Source: Octopus sinensis
Lineage: Eukaryota
NCBI RefSeq assembly: GCF_006345805.1
Contig: NW_021827696.1
Coordinates: forward strand, 1 to 10,187
Length of the DNA stretch: 10,187 nucleotides
Direction of reading: 5' to 3'
The notes under the pieces were generated by a model. That model ran no database searches, was not told the DNA's origin, and saw only the letters and a list, made by a program, of their open reading frames with translations. Shown piece by piece: positions 8,496 through 10,187 of this stretch; position 1 is the first letter of the stretch, and the number at the start of each line of letters is the position of its first letter. Made by a program: the position numbers and the translations under genes.

Positions 8496-8964
8496 TTGAA
8501 TATATGAACGGAAAATATACAAATATACGTTTAGACTTTCAGGGATACCTCACATGACTGTACAGAACCACTTCGGCAGATTTTCTTTTATAGATTGTAA
8601 TTGTCTCAATAATCCGAGTGCCGTCATAATGTAGCACTGCGTAGATGCATTTAGTCTACAAACTGACACCTGTATATACGTCTTTGAATTTTGTTACTCA
8701 ATCTACCGGCTTCTTTTGCATAACTGTTTGCTAAGCATTCTACTTACCCATGTATGTGTACACGCATGTATGTGCACATACATGCATGAATACATACACG
8801 CACATATATATAATTCTATATACGTATATATAAGGTTAGTAGAGTTATAGAGTTGAAATAACCGTCTAAGGGATAAAAATATCCATTATACTACCGGTAA
8901 TTTTACCCTTGTTGACCCTGGACATACATATGCAGGCATATATACATGCATGTATGTTTAATTT

Positions 8965-9007
8965 TATATATATATATATATATACATAGAGAGAGAGAGA
9001 GAAAGAG

Positions 9008-9050
<43 letters not shown>

Positions 9051-9093
9051 ATAGATAGATAGATACATACATACATACATACATACATACATA
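8965..9093. repeat. Compound (TA)n(GA)n(GATA)n(CATA)n microsatellite
   Basis: Read directly. Confidence 0.96.
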
Positions 9094-9109
9094 GCAGTTA
9101 CTTGGAAAT

Positions 9110-9356
9110 TGGATGCGTGTTGTTCAATCATATAAATTAAATATATATATGCATATATACAAACATACATGTACATACTTATATATATATATGCATATAT
9201 GTGTATAGGACGTCAAAAACGTAAACAACATAAAAAACGAGAACATGGGAAAACGAACATTTTTTGTGAACAACGAAAGAAACAAATGGAAAAACAAGAC
9301 AGACAACAAAAGAACAATCCCTTTATTTTTTGTCCCCTGTTTTATCTACTCCGCAT
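9110..9356. mobile_element. Candidate interspersed repeat fragment, strongly strand-skewed
   Basis: Seen: 9209-9320 is very A-rich and T-poor (ggacgtcaaaaacgtaaacaacataaaaaacgagaac...acaagacagacaacaaaagaacaatccc). It resembles a recurrent octopus repeat in my memory, which is unverified. Confidence 0.3.
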
Positions 9357-9367
9357 TATATACCCGC

Positions 9368-9400
9368 ATATATACATACATACATACATACAGAAAGATT

Positions 9401-9476
<76 letters not shown>

Positions 9477-9540
9477 GTAGGTAGATAGGTAGGTAGATAG
9501 ATAGGTAGGTAGAAAGATAGACAGACAGATAAATAGATAC
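9368..9540. repeat. Compound (CATA)n(GATA)n(GGTA)n(GACA)n microsatellite
   Basis: Read directly. Confidence 0.96.
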
Positions 9541-9549
9541 GATGGGATG

Positions 9550-9712
9550 GACTGCTCTATATATTCCGCCTATATATTCACAAGTAAGGTATTGGTTGGC
9601 CTGGGGCTTATATATAATAGGAGATAAATTCCCATGGCTCTGTGCAGTCGAACTGAACCTGAAACCAAGTATTTTCGAAGCAAATTTCCTAACCACACAA
9701 CCACATCTACAC
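9550..9712 (-). mobile_element. SINE family A, diverged 5' part
   Basis: The reverse complement reads tggttgtgtggttaggaaatttgctt...ggtttcaggttcagtt...agccccaggccaaccaatacctt, colinear with the heads at 2061 and 7221. It ends before or at the internal TA position. Confidence 0.7.
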
Positions 9713-10187
9713 GTGGCTTAAATTTCGTCCTTATTTATTTATCTATTTGTATTATCAGTTTCATCGTTTTTCAAATCAGTAACAAAACTTGATCATTCTC
9801 TATCCTATTTATTGACCAAACTTAACGCCCAAACTAACATGGGAGATTCGCTTATCGTCAGCAACAAAGCCTACACAGTGTTGTATCATATTTTCTCCTT
9901 ATTACGATCAGTTTTCTATGACTCATTCTCATCATTCTCAACATTAGAACATAAAAACAGTCCAAATTCACACACAACTAACTTACAAATCTTATCCTAA
10001 CTTTAACATATTTTACCAACCAATCATCAACCCATTCCTTGTATAAGTTAGTTCGTAAAATATAAGTTAAAAAAAAGAAAATGTCATCAAAAATTAATTC
10101 TCAGCTTGTATGGAATTATGGAACTTGGTTTATCCTGCTTGGTTGAAAATCCGTGTTGAATTTGAGATAAACGTTCTAATTAATCTG

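Noticed and set aside
72-10000. Supplied ORF track as protein-coding genes
   Set aside because: Most ORFs translate microsatellites (HTHT, IYIY, YLSI, CVCV) or SINE bodies, often with non-ATG starts. I recognise no domain in any of them and see no consistent exon chain.
1-10187. CRISPR array, rRNA or prokaryotic operon features
   Set aside because: There is no repeat-spacer periodicity, no rRNA-like sequence, and no gene-dense structure. The DNA is eukaryotic in character.

Overview
Repeat-rich, AT-rich eukaryotic DNA, intergenic or deep-intronic. I can support no protein-coding gene; nearly all supplied ORFs are translations of microsatellites or SINEs. The microsatellite density and the SINE sequences resemble what I remember of octopus (coleoid cephalopod) genomes, but that assignment is from memory and not from a search. 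The window holds about 14 simple or compound microsatellite tracts, four copies of one tRNA-derived SINE family with an internal (TA)n tract (two + and two -), and two copies of a second tRNA-headed SINE type. It also has a possible decayed LINE ORF2 3' end and an ETS+NRF1 motif pair. The most notable structure is a ~208-bp insertion (1142-1349) bounded by a 13-bp direct repeat. It contains a 146-nt fold-back whose centre is two inverted, degenerate minimal hammerhead-ribozyme-like motifs, which fits a non-autonomous Penelope-like or retrozyme-type element. A second, independent hammerhead-like motif with a canonical core lies at 1758-1825.
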